Shown: positions 1 to 9,772 of the stretch, piece after piece | Position numbering within the stretch: position 1 is the first letter of the stretch | Layout: every line of letters begins with the position of its first letter | DNA from: Candidatus Poribacteria bacterium | GTDB taxonomy: Bacteria > Poribacteria > WGA-4E > WGA-3G | DNA: 64,000 bases | Assembly: GCA_965242965.1 (NCBI GenBank) | Contig: OZ251518.1 | Location: 4,960,001 to 5,024,000 of the forward strand | Reading direction: 5' to 3' | Notes under the pieces: model-generated | The model's database searches: none | What the model saw: only the letters and a program-made list of their open reading frames with translations | What the model was told of the DNA's origin: nothing | Position numbers and translations under genes: made by a program

Positions 1-345
1 GTATCGTGGAACCATAAGCACCTCGTGAATGAAAATCAACTTCGGCAGATTAACAGCGTGTGTGAAGCGGCTGGGTTTCAACCTGTTACTATCTGCACAC
101 CGACAGCACTCATGGAGGCATTTACCGTGAAAGAAACTCCCGACGTTGTCCCTGGCACCGAGACAGATCCGATTCTTGAGGAATGCTATCGCATCAAGAG
201 GGAGATCAGCGCGGAACGGGCACGATTCACCCCAGAGGAATACGAAGCGTACGTCAAGGCGCGAGAGGAGGAGTTGGAAAAGCAGGGTTGGAAATTTATC
301 CCAGCTCCCCCTCCCCGCACCAACACGGCCGCGAAGAAGGACTAA
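1..345 (+). CDS. 3' part of a PIN-domain (VapC-like) protein, in frame with a small C-terminal 'DPILEECYR' domain
   Basis: Frame 1 is open from base 1. VSWNHKHLVN...ICTPTALME resembles the C-terminus of PIN proteins (WNxKHxxN...ICTPxxL) and reads without a stop into KETPDVV...AAKKD. GGAGG precedes an internal GTG at 127. Confidence 0.6.
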   Translation, partial: VSWNHKHLVNENQLRQINSVCEAAGFQPVTICTPTALMEAFTVKETPDVVPGTETDPILEECYRIKREISAERARFTPEEYEAYVKAREEELEKQGWKFIPAPPPRTNTAAKKD

Positions 346-722
346 CCTTGAACGGGTCTGCACAAATTACGAGTGCAGGCCCGTTACCTCGCTAAAATGC
401 GTTGAATACCGGCACAGGAGGCATTTACCGTGAAAGAAACTCCCGACGTTGTCCCTGACACCGAGACAGATCCGATTCTTGAGGAATGCTATCGCCTCAA
501 GAGGAAGATCCGCGCGGAAAGGGCACATCTCACCCCAGAGGAACGCGAAGCGTACGTCAAGGCGCGAGAGGCGGAATTGAAAAAGCAAGGCTGGAAATTT
601 ATCCCAGCTCCACCTCCCCGCGCCAACACGGATGCGAAGAAGGACTAACCTCGACCGGGTCTGCACGAATTACGAGTGCAGGCCCGTTATCTCGCTAAAA
701 TGCGTTGAATACCGGCACAGGA
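114..722 (+). repeat. 303-bp tandem duplication (114-416 / 417-719)
   Basis: Direct alignment with offset 303; GGA microhomology at 114, 417 and 720. Confidence 0.95.
430..648 (+). CDS. Small protein (72 aa), stand-alone duplicate of the C-terminal domain above; putative antitoxin
   Basis: GGAGG RBS at 417-421 and GTG start; near-identical to 127..345. Confidence 0.6.
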   Translation: MKETPDVVPDTETDPILEECYRLKRKIRAERAHLTPEEREAYVKAREAELKKQGWKFIPAPPPRANTDAKKD

Positions 723-1747
723 TGCCCAGTTTCAATGGATTCCCACGCCGCTACGCCGACAGCGATGGACTTCGCACCGTCAACCACTCCCGGCGACGGT
801 TCCACGTCTCTTTCAATACACTCCTGAAAATGGCGCATATAGCGGATGACCGTCTGTCCGTGCCCATACACACTCGTATCCACTTCCGCGGGGCACGTCA
901 TTTCAAATGGCTCTCTCGCCGCCATCTTATCAAGCATCAATTTCACCTGTCCACCTTTGTTATCGGTAAAGTCGCCTATTATCGTGCCTTTGCTGCCGTA
1001 GATCGACACCTGCATCATCGGCATCGGCGGGTGGACGATGTCGTAAAGCCCCATCGCCCGCGCAATTTGTCCGCTTTTAAACTTCAGGTTCAGGGAAAAG
1101 TTGTTCCGAAGCGGGTATCCCGGTGTCAGCGAACCTTTCGTCCCGTAGGCGTGCACCTCCTCAACATCGCCGAGGAAACTGCGTAGGATGTCAACGGGAT
1201 GCACCACGCCGCCAAACATCAGATCTTGCGGGACATGAAGCCGCCACGGTGTGAAATCGTAAACCTCCCGCATGTCGTGGACATAGTAAGCGTCCGCTAC
1301 CATGATGTCGCCCAAGTCACCGTCGTCGTAGAGTTTCTTCATCGTCAGAAATTGCAAGTCAAACCGCATCGTCTGTCCGACGAGAAACTTGACGTTGTGT
1401 TGCCGCACCAAATCGACGAGATGCTGCGCGTCTGCCAGCGTCGTCACCATCGGTTTCGTGCAGACGACGTGCTTGCCTGCCTCTATCGCGGCCACACAAT
1501 GTTCTGCATGAAGATGATCTGGGGAATAGACAGCGATGACTTCAATATCGTCGCGCTGGACGAGTTCGCGGTAATCTGTCGTCCAAAAAGCCACACCGAG
1601 TTGTTGTGCGTAGGGTTCCAGAATCTCCGCGCGCCGTGAACAGATACCGCGGAGTTCATACTTCAAATCTGGCACATCTTTGAGCAGTGCTGCGGTTGAA
1701 CCCATGTTAGTAGGATTCATTCCGATGACACCGAGTCCGATTGTCAT
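695..1747 (-). CDS. Gfo/Idh/MocA family oxidoreductase
   Basis: N-terminal Rossmann fold; AGKHVVCTKPM motif; GGVVHPVD. Confidence 0.9.
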   Translation of the reverse strand: MTIGLGVIGMNPTNMGSTAALLKDVPDLKYELRGICSRRAEILEPYAQQLGVAFWTTDYRELVQRDDIEVIAVYSPDHLHAEHCVAAIEAGKHVVCTKPMVTTLADAQHLVDLVRQHNVKFLVGQTMRFDLQFLTMKKLYDDGDLGDIMVADAYYVHDMREVYDFTPWRLHVPQDLMFGGVVHPVDILRSFLGDVEEVHAYGTKGSLTPGYPLRNNFSLNLKFKSGQIARAMGLYDIVHPPMPMMQVSIYGSKGTIIGDFTDNKGGQVKLMLDKMAAREPFEMTCPAEVDTSVYGHGQTVIRYMRHFQECIERDVEPSPGVVDGAKSIAVGVAAWESIETGHPVPVFNAF

Positions 1748-1863
1748 AGTTGTCGCTCCTTTACAATAGGGTGGGTTTCCATTTTCGTTTCATGATACAC
1801 GATGTAATGAAGACTATCCACGGCCCTGCAAGACGCAAGAGTTTTTGGTAGGTGTTCATCGCG

Positions 1864-3129
1864 TTATGTCTCCGTGCGAAGTGCCGCTATCGGAGAAAGT
1901 TGTGCCGCCCGCATCGCCGGGTAAACCCCGAAAACGATGCCCATCAAGACAGAAAACCCCACGGAAATGCCTATCCACGGTAACGAAAGCACCGCGGGCC
2001 ACTCAGGGACAATCGGAACGATATGCACCGCTAACCGTGCCATCCCCTGCGCCGCCAGCCAGCCGCCACCAATCCCAAGGACACCACCACAGAAACAGAG
2101 GCAAACGGACTCCGCTAAGAATTGCCAGAAAATATCACGATGTGTCGCGCCTACCGATTTGCGCAAACCTATCTCCCGCGTCTTTTCGCCGACAGAAACG
2201 AGACAGATATTCATGATGCCGATGCCGCTCACAAATAGCGAAAAACCCGCAATGCCGCCCAACGCGATTTTTATCACCTTTTCAATACGTTCCAACCGAC
2301 GAAAGGAGCGTTGCGGAATCCAATAGCCGATAAAATCATCGGTGCCCCGATGTCTTTTCCGCAGCACATCCGTGACGCTGTCAATCACACGGTAGACATC
2401 TGCCGTTTTGTCAAAAAAGACGGTGAGACTTTGAATATGACGGACACCTGACAGGCGTTGCTGGTGCGTTGTCAACGGCACACAGACAATGTCATCCAGA
2501 GACGTGGCACTGCGAAGACTCCTGCCTTTGGGGGCCATGATGCCGATGACGCGACAGCGGACCGGCGGTTGCCGCCAGCGAATCTTAAGTTTCACTTCTT
2601 GTCCCAGAGCAGCGGTGTCGCCAAACAACTCATCAACGATGTCTGCGCCGAGGACGCACACCTGCGCAGCCTTTTCAATATCCGCCGCCGAGAAAAAGCG
2701 GCCCTGTTGCACCTCCCACCGCAGACCCTGGGCATAGTCTGCTGTCACGCCTTCCACGTAGGGGCGCGCGTGGCCGCCGGTAGGGCTTGTCACAACCCCG
2801 CGGTATCTATCATTTTTCGGCAAGACAAAGAGGACATCGGGGCATTCCGCCTCAATGGCATAAGCATCTGCCAGGGTGTAGCGTTCGGTAGTCCACCGTA
2901 AGACGCGTCGCTTCCGGAAGATGGCCCGGCGTGTCCAGAATTGCACTTGGTTTGCGCCACCAAGTTTCTCTATGTCTAAGGCAACGAGTTCTTTTGCGCC
3001 ATCGCCAAGGGCCATCATGCAGAGCACACTCGCGATGCCGATGAGGATGCCGAGGATGGACAACCCAGCACGGAGGCGATTTTGAGAGAGGTGCGCGAGA
3101 CCCGCGGCAATCGCGTCATGGAGTTTCAT
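1864..3129 (-). CDS. MacB/FtsX-family ABC transporter permease
   Basis: LRAGLSILGILIGIASV, GIGIMNICLVSVGEKTREIGLRKSVGA, YPAMRAAQLSPIAALR. Confidence 0.92.
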   Translation of the reverse strand: MKLHDAIAAGLAHLSQNRLRAGLSILGILIGIASVLCMMALGDGAKELVALDIEKLGGANQVQFWTRRAIFRKRRVLRWTTERYTLADAYAIEAECPDVLFVLPKNDRYRGVVTSPTGGHARPYVEGVTADYAQGLRWEVQQGRFFSAADIEKAAQVCVLGADIVDELFGDTAALGQEVKLKIRWRQPPVRCRVIGIMAPKGRSLRSATSLDDIVCVPLTTHQQRLSGVRHIQSLTVFFDKTADVYRVIDSVTDVLRKRHRGTDDFIGYWIPQRSFRRLERIEKVIKIALGGIAGFSLFVSGIGIMNICLVSVGEKTREIGLRKSVGATHRDIFWQFLAESVCLCFCGGVLGIGGGWLAAQGMARLAVHIVPIVPEWPAVLSLPWIGISVGFSVLMGIVFGVYPAMRAAQLSPIAALRTET

Positions 3130-5053
3130 TCTTCAAATAAGGCTTCATATCCCACAAAAGAATAGTGCCGTCAAAACTCCCACTTGCTAACAGTTCTCCA
3201 TCTGGGGAGAAAGCGAGCGTTTGGACATCGGTGGGGTGTCCCCGGAAAGTCACGAGATTTTCACCACTAGCAACATCCCACAACCGAATTGCAACCTGCT
3301 TTATACCCATCCCCCGGTGCCACCACGCGCCAGAAACCAGATACCGGCCACACGGCGAAAAGACTAGGGCAAACGGCCACCAACTGTCCTGTGCATGGGG
3401 AAGCGTCATAAACGTTTCACGCCGTTTGACATCCCACAACAGAATTTTCTTTGCCATGCCGCAGGCAATCACGTCACTACCAGGCGAAAACGCTATCGCA
3501 TCAATTCTATCCGGAAACTCGCTAAATTCTTTCCCGCTTTCAACATCCCATAGCCGGGATACAGGACCGTCTCGCCGAATACTTACGAGGCACTTTTCAT
3601 CCGGGCTAAATGCCACCGAATGAATCCAACCATCATGTGCGGGGAGGACGTGTAAATGTGCCTTGCCGCGCACATCCCACACAGCTAGTGTGCCGTTGCT
3701 ATCGCCGTATGCAAGCAGATTCTTCGTAGGCGAGAGTGCCGCCGTGGATACCGTCACATCTATCTCTGCCACATCTATCTCTGAAGATGTGAACGTAAGG
3801 CGCGGCGCGGTTTCTCCAATCTCCCATACCTTAATGGTATTTTCGTCAATACTCGTCGCGTGGCATTTTCCGCACGCCGCGACAAAAACCGCCTGAATCT
3901 TCCCTATTATATTGAAACTGCGTGGCTGCTGCGCAGGTGCCGCAATGTCCCATAACTTCACACCCTCATTCCAGGTCCCGGCCGCCAGCGTTCTTCCATC
4001 GGGTGAGAACGCCAAAGAATCAGGGAAGGCGGTATGTGAGTGAAGGCACTTGCGCGGTTGTGGGTTCCCAGTTGTCCACACCGTCCACTCATGTGCGCCG
4101 GCAACGACGAACTGTGCATCTCGTGAAAAATGCGCGCCGGGGCGGCTCCCCGCCGCTTCAACGTATGAATAGCGTTTTTCATCATGTTCAACATCCCAGA
4201 CGACAGCGGTGTCTTTTGAAACCGTCGTCGCATGCAGAACACCCTGTGACGAATATGTGACACTCACGCGAGAATCACCATAATCAGAAACCCGGTGCTG
4301 TGCCCAGGTCTTCACATTCCACACCCGCACCGTGCCTTGAGACTCTCCAGCAGCGAGGTATCTACCGCACGGAGAAAAGCAGAGGCTCTGGATAACATCA
4401 GTGGGTTCGGTGAGGCAGGCGATGCATTCACCTGCCTCTAAATCCCACACCGAGATAGAGTTTGCTGTGCCGGGGGCACCTTCGGAATTCGTGCAGGCTA
4501 GCCAGCAACTGTCGGGGGAAAAGGCGACAGGACGAGTGAGATTCCCCCATTCTACTTGGGCATCGTAGAATTTTGCGAGCCGTTCGCCGGTTTCTGGCTG
4601 CCATATTTCGACCCTATTGTCGCGGACACCGGTTCCGGTTGCGGCGAGCCGTTGGGCATCTGGCGAGAAGGCGAGTTGGGACACCCCCTGTTGTTTCGCC
4701 TTTGTCTGTCGTGCCATCTCGGCGATGCACACACCTTGCGCCAGATGCCATACCTTGACAATTCCATCGTCGTTGCCGACAGCAACCCAGTGTCCATCGT
4801 GGGAAAAGGAGATGGCCGAGACCATCCCCCGTTCGGTTTCCCACAAAGCCACGGGTTGCATCGTGGCGAGTTCATACCACCACAGCCCGATTTTCGTCGC
4901 GACAGCGAGAAGACGGCCATCGGGCGAAACCGCCATGCGGCGCACGCCGCCGCGGCCTAATCGGGCAATCGCCCCCTCTGGTAAAGCCCAGAGAGGAGGT
5001 TTTTCAGTCACAGGAATCATTGCATTTAGAACTGATACCGCAGATTCTTTCAT
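3116..5053 (-). CDS. WD40-repeat protein (probably two propellers)
   Basis: Many 'AFSPDG..LA.G..DG.I.LWD' repeats and an LPEGAIARLGRG N-motif. Start moved to ATG 5053 because the upstream extension is repeat DNA. Confidence 0.9.
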   Translation of the reverse strand: MKESAVSVLNAMIPVTEKPPLWALPEGAIARLGRGGVRRMAVSPDGRLLAVATKIGLWWYELATMQPVALWETERGMVSAISFSHDGHWVAVGNDDGIVKVWHLAQGVCIAEMARQTKAKQQGVSQLAFSPDAQRLAATGTGVRDNRVEIWQPETGERLAKFYDAQVEWGNLTRPVAFSPDSCWLACTNSEGAPGTANSISVWDLEAGECIACLTEPTDVIQSLCFSPCGRYLAAGESQGTVRVWNVKTWAQHRVSDYGDSRVSVTYSSQGVLHATTVSKDTAVVWDVEHDEKRYSYVEAAGSRPGAHFSRDAQFVVAGAHEWTVWTTGNPQPRKCLHSHTAFPDSLAFSPDGRTLAAGTWNEGVKLWDIAAPAQQPRSFNIIGKIQAVFVAACGKCHATSIDENTIKVWEIGETAPRLTFTSSEIDVAEIDVTVSTAALSPTKNLLAYGDSNGTLAVWDVRGKAHLHVLPAHDGWIHSVAFSPDEKCLVSIRRDGPVSRLWDVESGKEFSEFPDRIDAIAFSPGSDVIACGMAKKILLWDVKRRETFMTLPHAQDSWWPFALVFSPCGRYLVSGAWWHRGMGIKQVAIRLWDVASGENLVTFRGHPTDVQTLAFSPDGELLASGSFDGTILLWDMKPYLKNETP

Positions 5054-5087
5054 AGTTACATTCTCCACATCCGGTCTTGATACAATT

Positions 5088-5492
5088 GAGGGTGTTTCAT
5101 ATCTCAATGCCTTCCCGGTAGGAGAGACCTCCCGGTCTCGATGCCTCTGGGTAGGAGAGCCCTCCTGGTCTTGATTTCGTCCTGTTGACGCGCCGTCCCG
5201 GTTTCGATGCGCGCGATGTCCCCGTAGGAGAGACCTCCCGGTCTCGATGCAGCCCCGTCTGATCACAAACAGTTCAGGAGCAGGTGCTCCTGAACTACAG
5301 GCGGCGCGTCTCTGAGCTCTGTAGTTCGGGTGCGCCTGCACCCGAACGGATCAAAATTGGGCACGCCTTCCCTCATCGAGACCAGGAGGGCTCTCCTACC
5401 CGACGCGCCCCTGAGCTCTGTAGTTCGGGTGCGCCTGCACCCGAACGGATCAAGCGTCTATTGCATCGAGACCAGGAGGGCTCTCCTACCGG
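5088..5492. repeat. REP cluster with one TIR end (GAGGGTGTTTCAT at 5088-5100)
   Basis: Copies of GTAGGAGAGACCTCCCGGTCTCGAT and GTAGTTCGGGTGCGCCTGCACCCGAAC in both orientations. Confidence 0.85.
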
Positions 5493-5506
5493 CACAGAAA
5501 TTGCGA

Positions 5507-6739
5507 TCAGGGTGCAATAACTTGGTGCAACTGAATCACCCCATCGGTTATCGTGTTGATAACGCCGCTTTTAATCGCATAACGGTTTTCGTCGTAACGC
5601 GCAATTTCTGAGGCACCGCTGTAGTTCATCGTTGCGGCGAGTTGGGCGCGAATGGCAGAGCCTGTCAAAGTTTCGGCGCGCTGCATCGCTTGCACCAGAA
5701 TCCGAACGGCATCGTATCCTAATGACGCAGGACCGTCCGGCGGCGCGCCAAACATCGCCGTATACGCTGTCACAAATTGCCGCGCCTCTTCTGTCGTCAA
5801 ATTCTCAGCTGGCTGTGCAGCGAAGTGATTGACGAAGAAGCTGCCCTCCAGTGCCTCGCCGCCGACAGGAATCAACGCAGGATTATCCCATCCATCGCCG
5901 CCGAGGAAGGTGGCAGTTATGCCGAGTTCCGCTTTCCCTTGCCGAATAATTCGCGCGACTTCTGGCATAAAGCCTGGCACAAAGACGACATCGGGCGACG
6001 CTGCGGCGATAGTTGTCAATTGCGACATAAAATCGGTAGCGTCTTTCTCGTAAAATTGCTGCGCGACGATAGTGCCGCCGCCCGCTGTAAAGTCATTCGT
6101 GAAGAACTCCTTGAGGCCCTCCGCGTAAATGCCCGTGTAAGCCGTGCTTTGTTCGCTCAGAATCGCCGCGGTCGTCGCCTCTAACGATTCAAGCGCGAAC
6201 TTGGCAATTAATTCGCCTTGGTAGTTATCGGTGTAGGCACTCATAAAGATAAAATCACCGGCATCCGGGTTATTCGGGTTCGTCGGATACGTCGTCACCA
6301 TCGGAATTTGCGCGCTTTGTGCCAGCGGCCCCACTGCCCAAGACTGCGGATCCCAGTCAGGCCCGATGATGCCTATCACCCCTTCAGCGATAAGTTCCCT
6401 TGCCAATTCTGCGCTGCGTTCCGCATCATTGCCATCATCCTTCGCGATGAGAGTTATCGGCACGCCGTTAATGCCGCCCGCAGCGTTGAACTCACTGACA
6501 GCTAATTCCGCACCGGACAGCGTCGTCCCCGGGGCGGGTAAGGAATAAAGCATACCGATTTTGATTGTTACGTCAGTGTCACTGGGAGCAACCGTCGGTT
6601 GTTCATCGGGGACAACGACTTGTTGGATGCGCTCACACGCCGAAAACGTGAGACACATCAGAAAAAGCGATGCCAACGCGCCGTAAACCGCCACATGATG
6701 GATAACAGCAAGTGCTGGCATATTTCGTTGAGTATTCAT
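5507..6739 (-). CDS. LivJ-like (branched-chain amino acid family) substrate-binding lipoprotein 1
   Basis: Lipobox FSAC; GAELAVSEFNAAGGING; FLGGDGWD; GYDAV. Confidence 0.9.
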   Translation of the reverse strand: MNTQRNMPALAVIHHVAVYGALASLFLMCLTFSACERIQQVVVPDEQPTVAPSDTDVTIKIGMLYSLPAPGTTLSGAELAVSEFNAAGGINGVPITLIAKDDGNDAERSAELARELIAEGVIGIIGPDWDPQSWAVGPLAQSAQIPMVTTYPTNPNNPDAGDFIFMSAYTDNYQGELIAKFALESLEATTAAILSEQSTAYTGIYAEGLKEFFTNDFTAGGGTIVAQQFYEKDATDFMSQLTTIAAASPDVVFVPGFMPEVARIIRQGKAELGITATFLGGDGWDNPALIPVGGEALEGSFFVNHFAAQPAENLTTEEARQFVTAYTAMFGAPPDGPASLGYDAVRILVQAMQRAETLTGSAIRAQLAATMNYSGASEIARYDENRYAIKSGVINTITDGVIQLHQVIAP

Positions 6740-6831
6740 TGAAAACCTCCATTTGGGGTGTTGAAAAGGGGCTCGTTACGGTGTTATTGCAAGAAGAGGT
6801 CAGAGTCCTATGAAAAGGAAAATCCGAAGAG

Positions 6832-6857
6832 AGGCGGGACAAGAATGCCCCGCCTAG
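6832..6857 (-). terminator. Hairpin after SBP2 (related copy at 8091-8114 after SBP3)
   Basis: AGGCGGGAC-AAGAAT-GCCCCGCCT and TAGGCGGACAGGAATGCCCGCCTA inverted repeats just past the stop codons. Confidence 0.5.
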
Positions 6858-6867
6858 CGAAAAGCAG

Positions 6868-8070
6868 TTAGGGTGCGATGACCTGGAATTGCTGGATCTG
6901 CCCATCTTTGACGATATGAATAGCCCCTCTCTTAATCGGATGCCGGTTTTCATCATAACTTGAGAGTCCTATCGCCCCGCGGTAATCTGTCGTTGCGGCG
7001 ATTTGTTCCCGAATTGCGGGACCGGTCAGGTTCTCAGCACGTTCTATCGCCTGCGCCAAGATCATGAACGCGTCATACGCCATGGCGGCACCTATTTTGG
7101 GGTTCGTCCCGAACATTTCGTTGTAAGCGGCCACAAATTGCTTGGCTTCTTCCGGTGTATGTTCGGTGATAGGCAGTGCCCAAAATTGGCTGACAAAGTA
7201 GGTGTCTTCAACCGCCGCGCCGCCCTTTGTAATCAGGTCTGGATGATCCCATCCATCGCCGCCGAGGAAGGTGGCAGTCATCCCGAGCGTCTCTTTTCCT
7301 TGTCGAACGGCCTCCGAGACTTCGGCTATGAAGCCTGGGATAAAAACGACATCGGGCGCGGCTTCGTTGATGGCTGTCAATTGCGTCGTGAAATCGGTAT
7401 CGCCTGGGACGTAAAATTGCTGTGCTACGACTTCACCGCCGAGCGCGGTAAAGTTCTCGGAGAAGAAGCGCGATAAGCCCGCCGAGTAAGCCTCACCGGG
7501 TTCATGCCGTTCTTCAGTCAGCAGTGCTGCTGTTTTTGCCTTTAATGTTTCCGTAGCAAACTTGGCCAGCAATTTGGCCTGGTAGGCATCGGTCAGCGCG
7601 CTCAGAAACACAAAATCTCCCGCTTCCGTGACTCGCGGGTTGGTAGGATAAGCTGTCACCATCGGAATCTGGTGCTGTTGCGCACGCGGTCCGACGTGCA
7701 CCGCATGCCGGGCCCAGTCCGGTCCGACGAGCCCCACTATCCCTTCCGCAACCAATTCCTCAAACAGTTCAAGGCTGCGTTGGGTGTCGTTGCCATCCTC
7801 TTTTGTGATGAGCGTTACCGGCTTCCCTTTGATGCCGCCTGCTGCGTTAATCTGGCTGACTGCCAATTCCACTCCGGACACGGTGGTGCCGGGCAGGGGT
7901 GCTGTCCAGATCATGCCGATTTTGATCGTTTCCTCACTGTCACTAGGCGCAACCGTCGGTTGTTCACCGGGGACAACAACTTGTTGGATGCGCTCACACG
8001 CCGAAAACATGAGGCACATCAGAAAAAGCGATACCAACACGCCGTATGCCATCACGCGTTGAGAGTTCAT
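6868..8070 (-). CDS. LivJ-like substrate-binding lipoprotein 2
   Basis: Same motifs; lipobox FSAC. Confidence 0.9.
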   Translation of the reverse strand: MNSQRVMAYGVLVSLFLMCLMFSACERIQQVVVPGEQPTVAPSDSEETIKIGMIWTAPLPGTTVSGVELAVSQINAAGGIKGKPVTLITKEDGNDTQRSLELFEELVAEGIVGLVGPDWARHAVHVGPRAQQHQIPMVTAYPTNPRVTEAGDFVFLSALTDAYQAKLLAKFATETLKAKTAALLTEERHEPGEAYSAGLSRFFSENFTALGGEVVAQQFYVPGDTDFTTQLTAINEAAPDVVFIPGFIAEVSEAVRQGKETLGMTATFLGGDGWDHPDLITKGGAAVEDTYFVSQFWALPITEHTPEEAKQFVAAYNEMFGTNPKIGAAMAYDAFMILAQAIERAENLTGPAIREQIAATTDYRGAIGLSSYDENRHPIKRGAIHIVKDGQIQQFQVIAP

Positions 8071-8127
8071 TGGAATCCTCCGTGAGAAATTAGGCGGACA
8101 GGAATGCCCGCCTAGCAGAAAGCGAAG

Positions 8128-9333
8128 TTAAGGCGCGATAACCTGATGTGTCCGTAATTCGCCGTTTGAAATAGTGATGATGACACCACTCTTAATAGCG
8201 TGGCGGTTTTCGTCAAACTTGGAGAGCATCGTCGCGCCGCTGTAATCCATCGTTGCGGCGATCTGGTCCCGAATGGCAGCACCGCTCATATCTGCTGCAC
8301 CCTGAATCGCCTGGACCATTATCCGAACGGCATCGTATCCGAGCGCGGCGGGGCCATCCGGTGGCATCCCGTATTCTGCCGTGTAAGCCTCTACGAAGTG
8401 ACTCGCGGCTTCACCGAGGTCTGCACCGGATAGTGCAGAGAAGTGATTGACGAAGAAGCTGCCTTCAAGCGCGTCGCCGCCCATCTCCAGCAGGTTTGGC
8501 TGATCCCAGCCATCGCCGCCGAGGAAGGTGGCAGTGATGCCTGCCGCTTTTGCCTGCTGAATCGCTGTCGGCACCTCTGGCACGAAGCCGGACATGAAGA
8601 CGACATCGGGTTCCATCGCGGCAATCTCAGTGAGTTGCGCTGTGAAATCGGTATCCCCTTTATCGTAGAAAACTTCCAGCACTTCAACGCCTTCGGCGGA
8701 TTTCATCAAGTTGTCTCTGAAGTATTCCGATAACCCTTCCGAATAGGCGAGGCCGCTTTGTGTCAGGATAGCCGCTTTCTTGGCATTCAGCGATTCAGCG
8801 GCAAACTTGGCAATCAGTTCACCTTGGTAATTATCGGTGAACGCGCCCATGAACACGAAGTCCCCCGCGTCGGGAACGGTAGGGTTCGTCGGATACGTCG
8901 TTATCATGGGAATGCCGGCGGCTTGCACAACTGGCCCGACTTCAAGAGCATGCGCAGACCAGTCCGGTCCGATGATGCCCACCGCGCCATCTGCAATCAA
9001 TTCCTTGACGCGAGCGACGCTGTTTTGAGTGTTGTTTTCATCGTCTTGCGTTTCAAGGACTAAAAGTTTTCCGTTAATACCGCCTGCTTCGTTGACCTCG
9101 CTGACGGCTAATCTCGCGCCGTTCCGCGTGGTGCCGGGAAGCGGTGAGGAATAGAGCATGCCGATTTTGACGGTTTCCGACTCCACCGCGTCATCAACAG
9201 CATCAATCACACCGATAACGTCTTCCACGTCACAAGCAGAGAACATGAGGCTCATGAGCAAAAGCACTGCAACAACGCCACACGCCATGATGCAGCTGTG
9301 TGCAGTTCTCTCGGTTTTCTGTTGAAAGTTCAT
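8128..9333 (-). CDS. LivJ-like substrate-binding lipoprotein 3
   Basis: Same motifs; lipobox FSAC. Confidence 0.9.
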   Translation of the reverse strand: MNFQQKTERTAHSCIMACGVVAVLLLMSLMFSACDVEDVIGVIDAVDDAVESETVKIGMLYSSPLPGTTRNGARLAVSEVNEAGGINGKLLVLETQDDENNTQNSVARVKELIADGAVGIIGPDWSAHALEVGPVVQAAGIPMITTYPTNPTVPDAGDFVFMGAFTDNYQGELIAKFAAESLNAKKAAILTQSGLAYSEGLSEYFRDNLMKSAEGVEVLEVFYDKGDTDFTAQLTEIAAMEPDVVFMSGFVPEVPTAIQQAKAAGITATFLGGDGWDQPNLLEMGGDALEGSFFVNHFSALSGADLGEAASHFVEAYTAEYGMPPDGPAALGYDAVRIMVQAIQGAADMSGAAIRDQIAATMDYSGATMLSKFDENRHAIKSGVIITISNGELRTHQVIAP

Positions 9334-9475
9334 GAAAAGTCTCCTTTTAAATCGGTTGGCACAAGTGCCAGACCTGGTGAGGGTTTTGTTTTATTAGGGA
9401 TACCGCGGTGAACCCATGCACTCGCGATGTCCCGTTGTCAATACGTTGGTAGAGTTTAGCACATTTGATAAGAAA

Positions 9476-9760
9476 ATGTCAAATGTGTTGGCATTGCGGG
9501 GGACAGGCCCCGCGCTACGGTGATAAGAAAAATCAAATATCGTGGCATCGCGGGGTAGGAGAGACCTCCTGGTCTCGATTATCCCCGGTAGGAGAACATG
9601 TCAAATGTGTTGGCATCGCGGGGGACAGGCCCCCGCGCTACGGTGAAAAAATGTAATGGCATCGCGGGGGACAGGCCCCCGCGCTACGGTGAAAAAATGT
9701 GATGGCATCGCGGGGGATAGGCCCCCGCGCTACGGTGAAAGCAGTGCTACGGTGAAAAAC
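9476..9760. repeat. Tandem REP array
   Basis: Four copies of GGCATCGCGGGGGACAGGCCCCCGCGCTACGGTG with near-identical linkers. Confidence 0.9.
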
Positions 9761-9772
9761 GGATGCCCACCA

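Noticed and set aside
5054-5341. 96-aa N-terminal extension of the WD40 ORF
   Set aside because: It is mostly translated REP DNA (HRDREVSPT peptides); ATG 5053 is the more plausible start.
9476-9760. CRISPR-like regular repeats (also 45477-45905, 51217-51607, 63540-63825)
   Set aside because: Linkers are near-identical or recur elsewhere, orientations alternate in several clusters, there are no cas genes, and the units are GTAG REPs.
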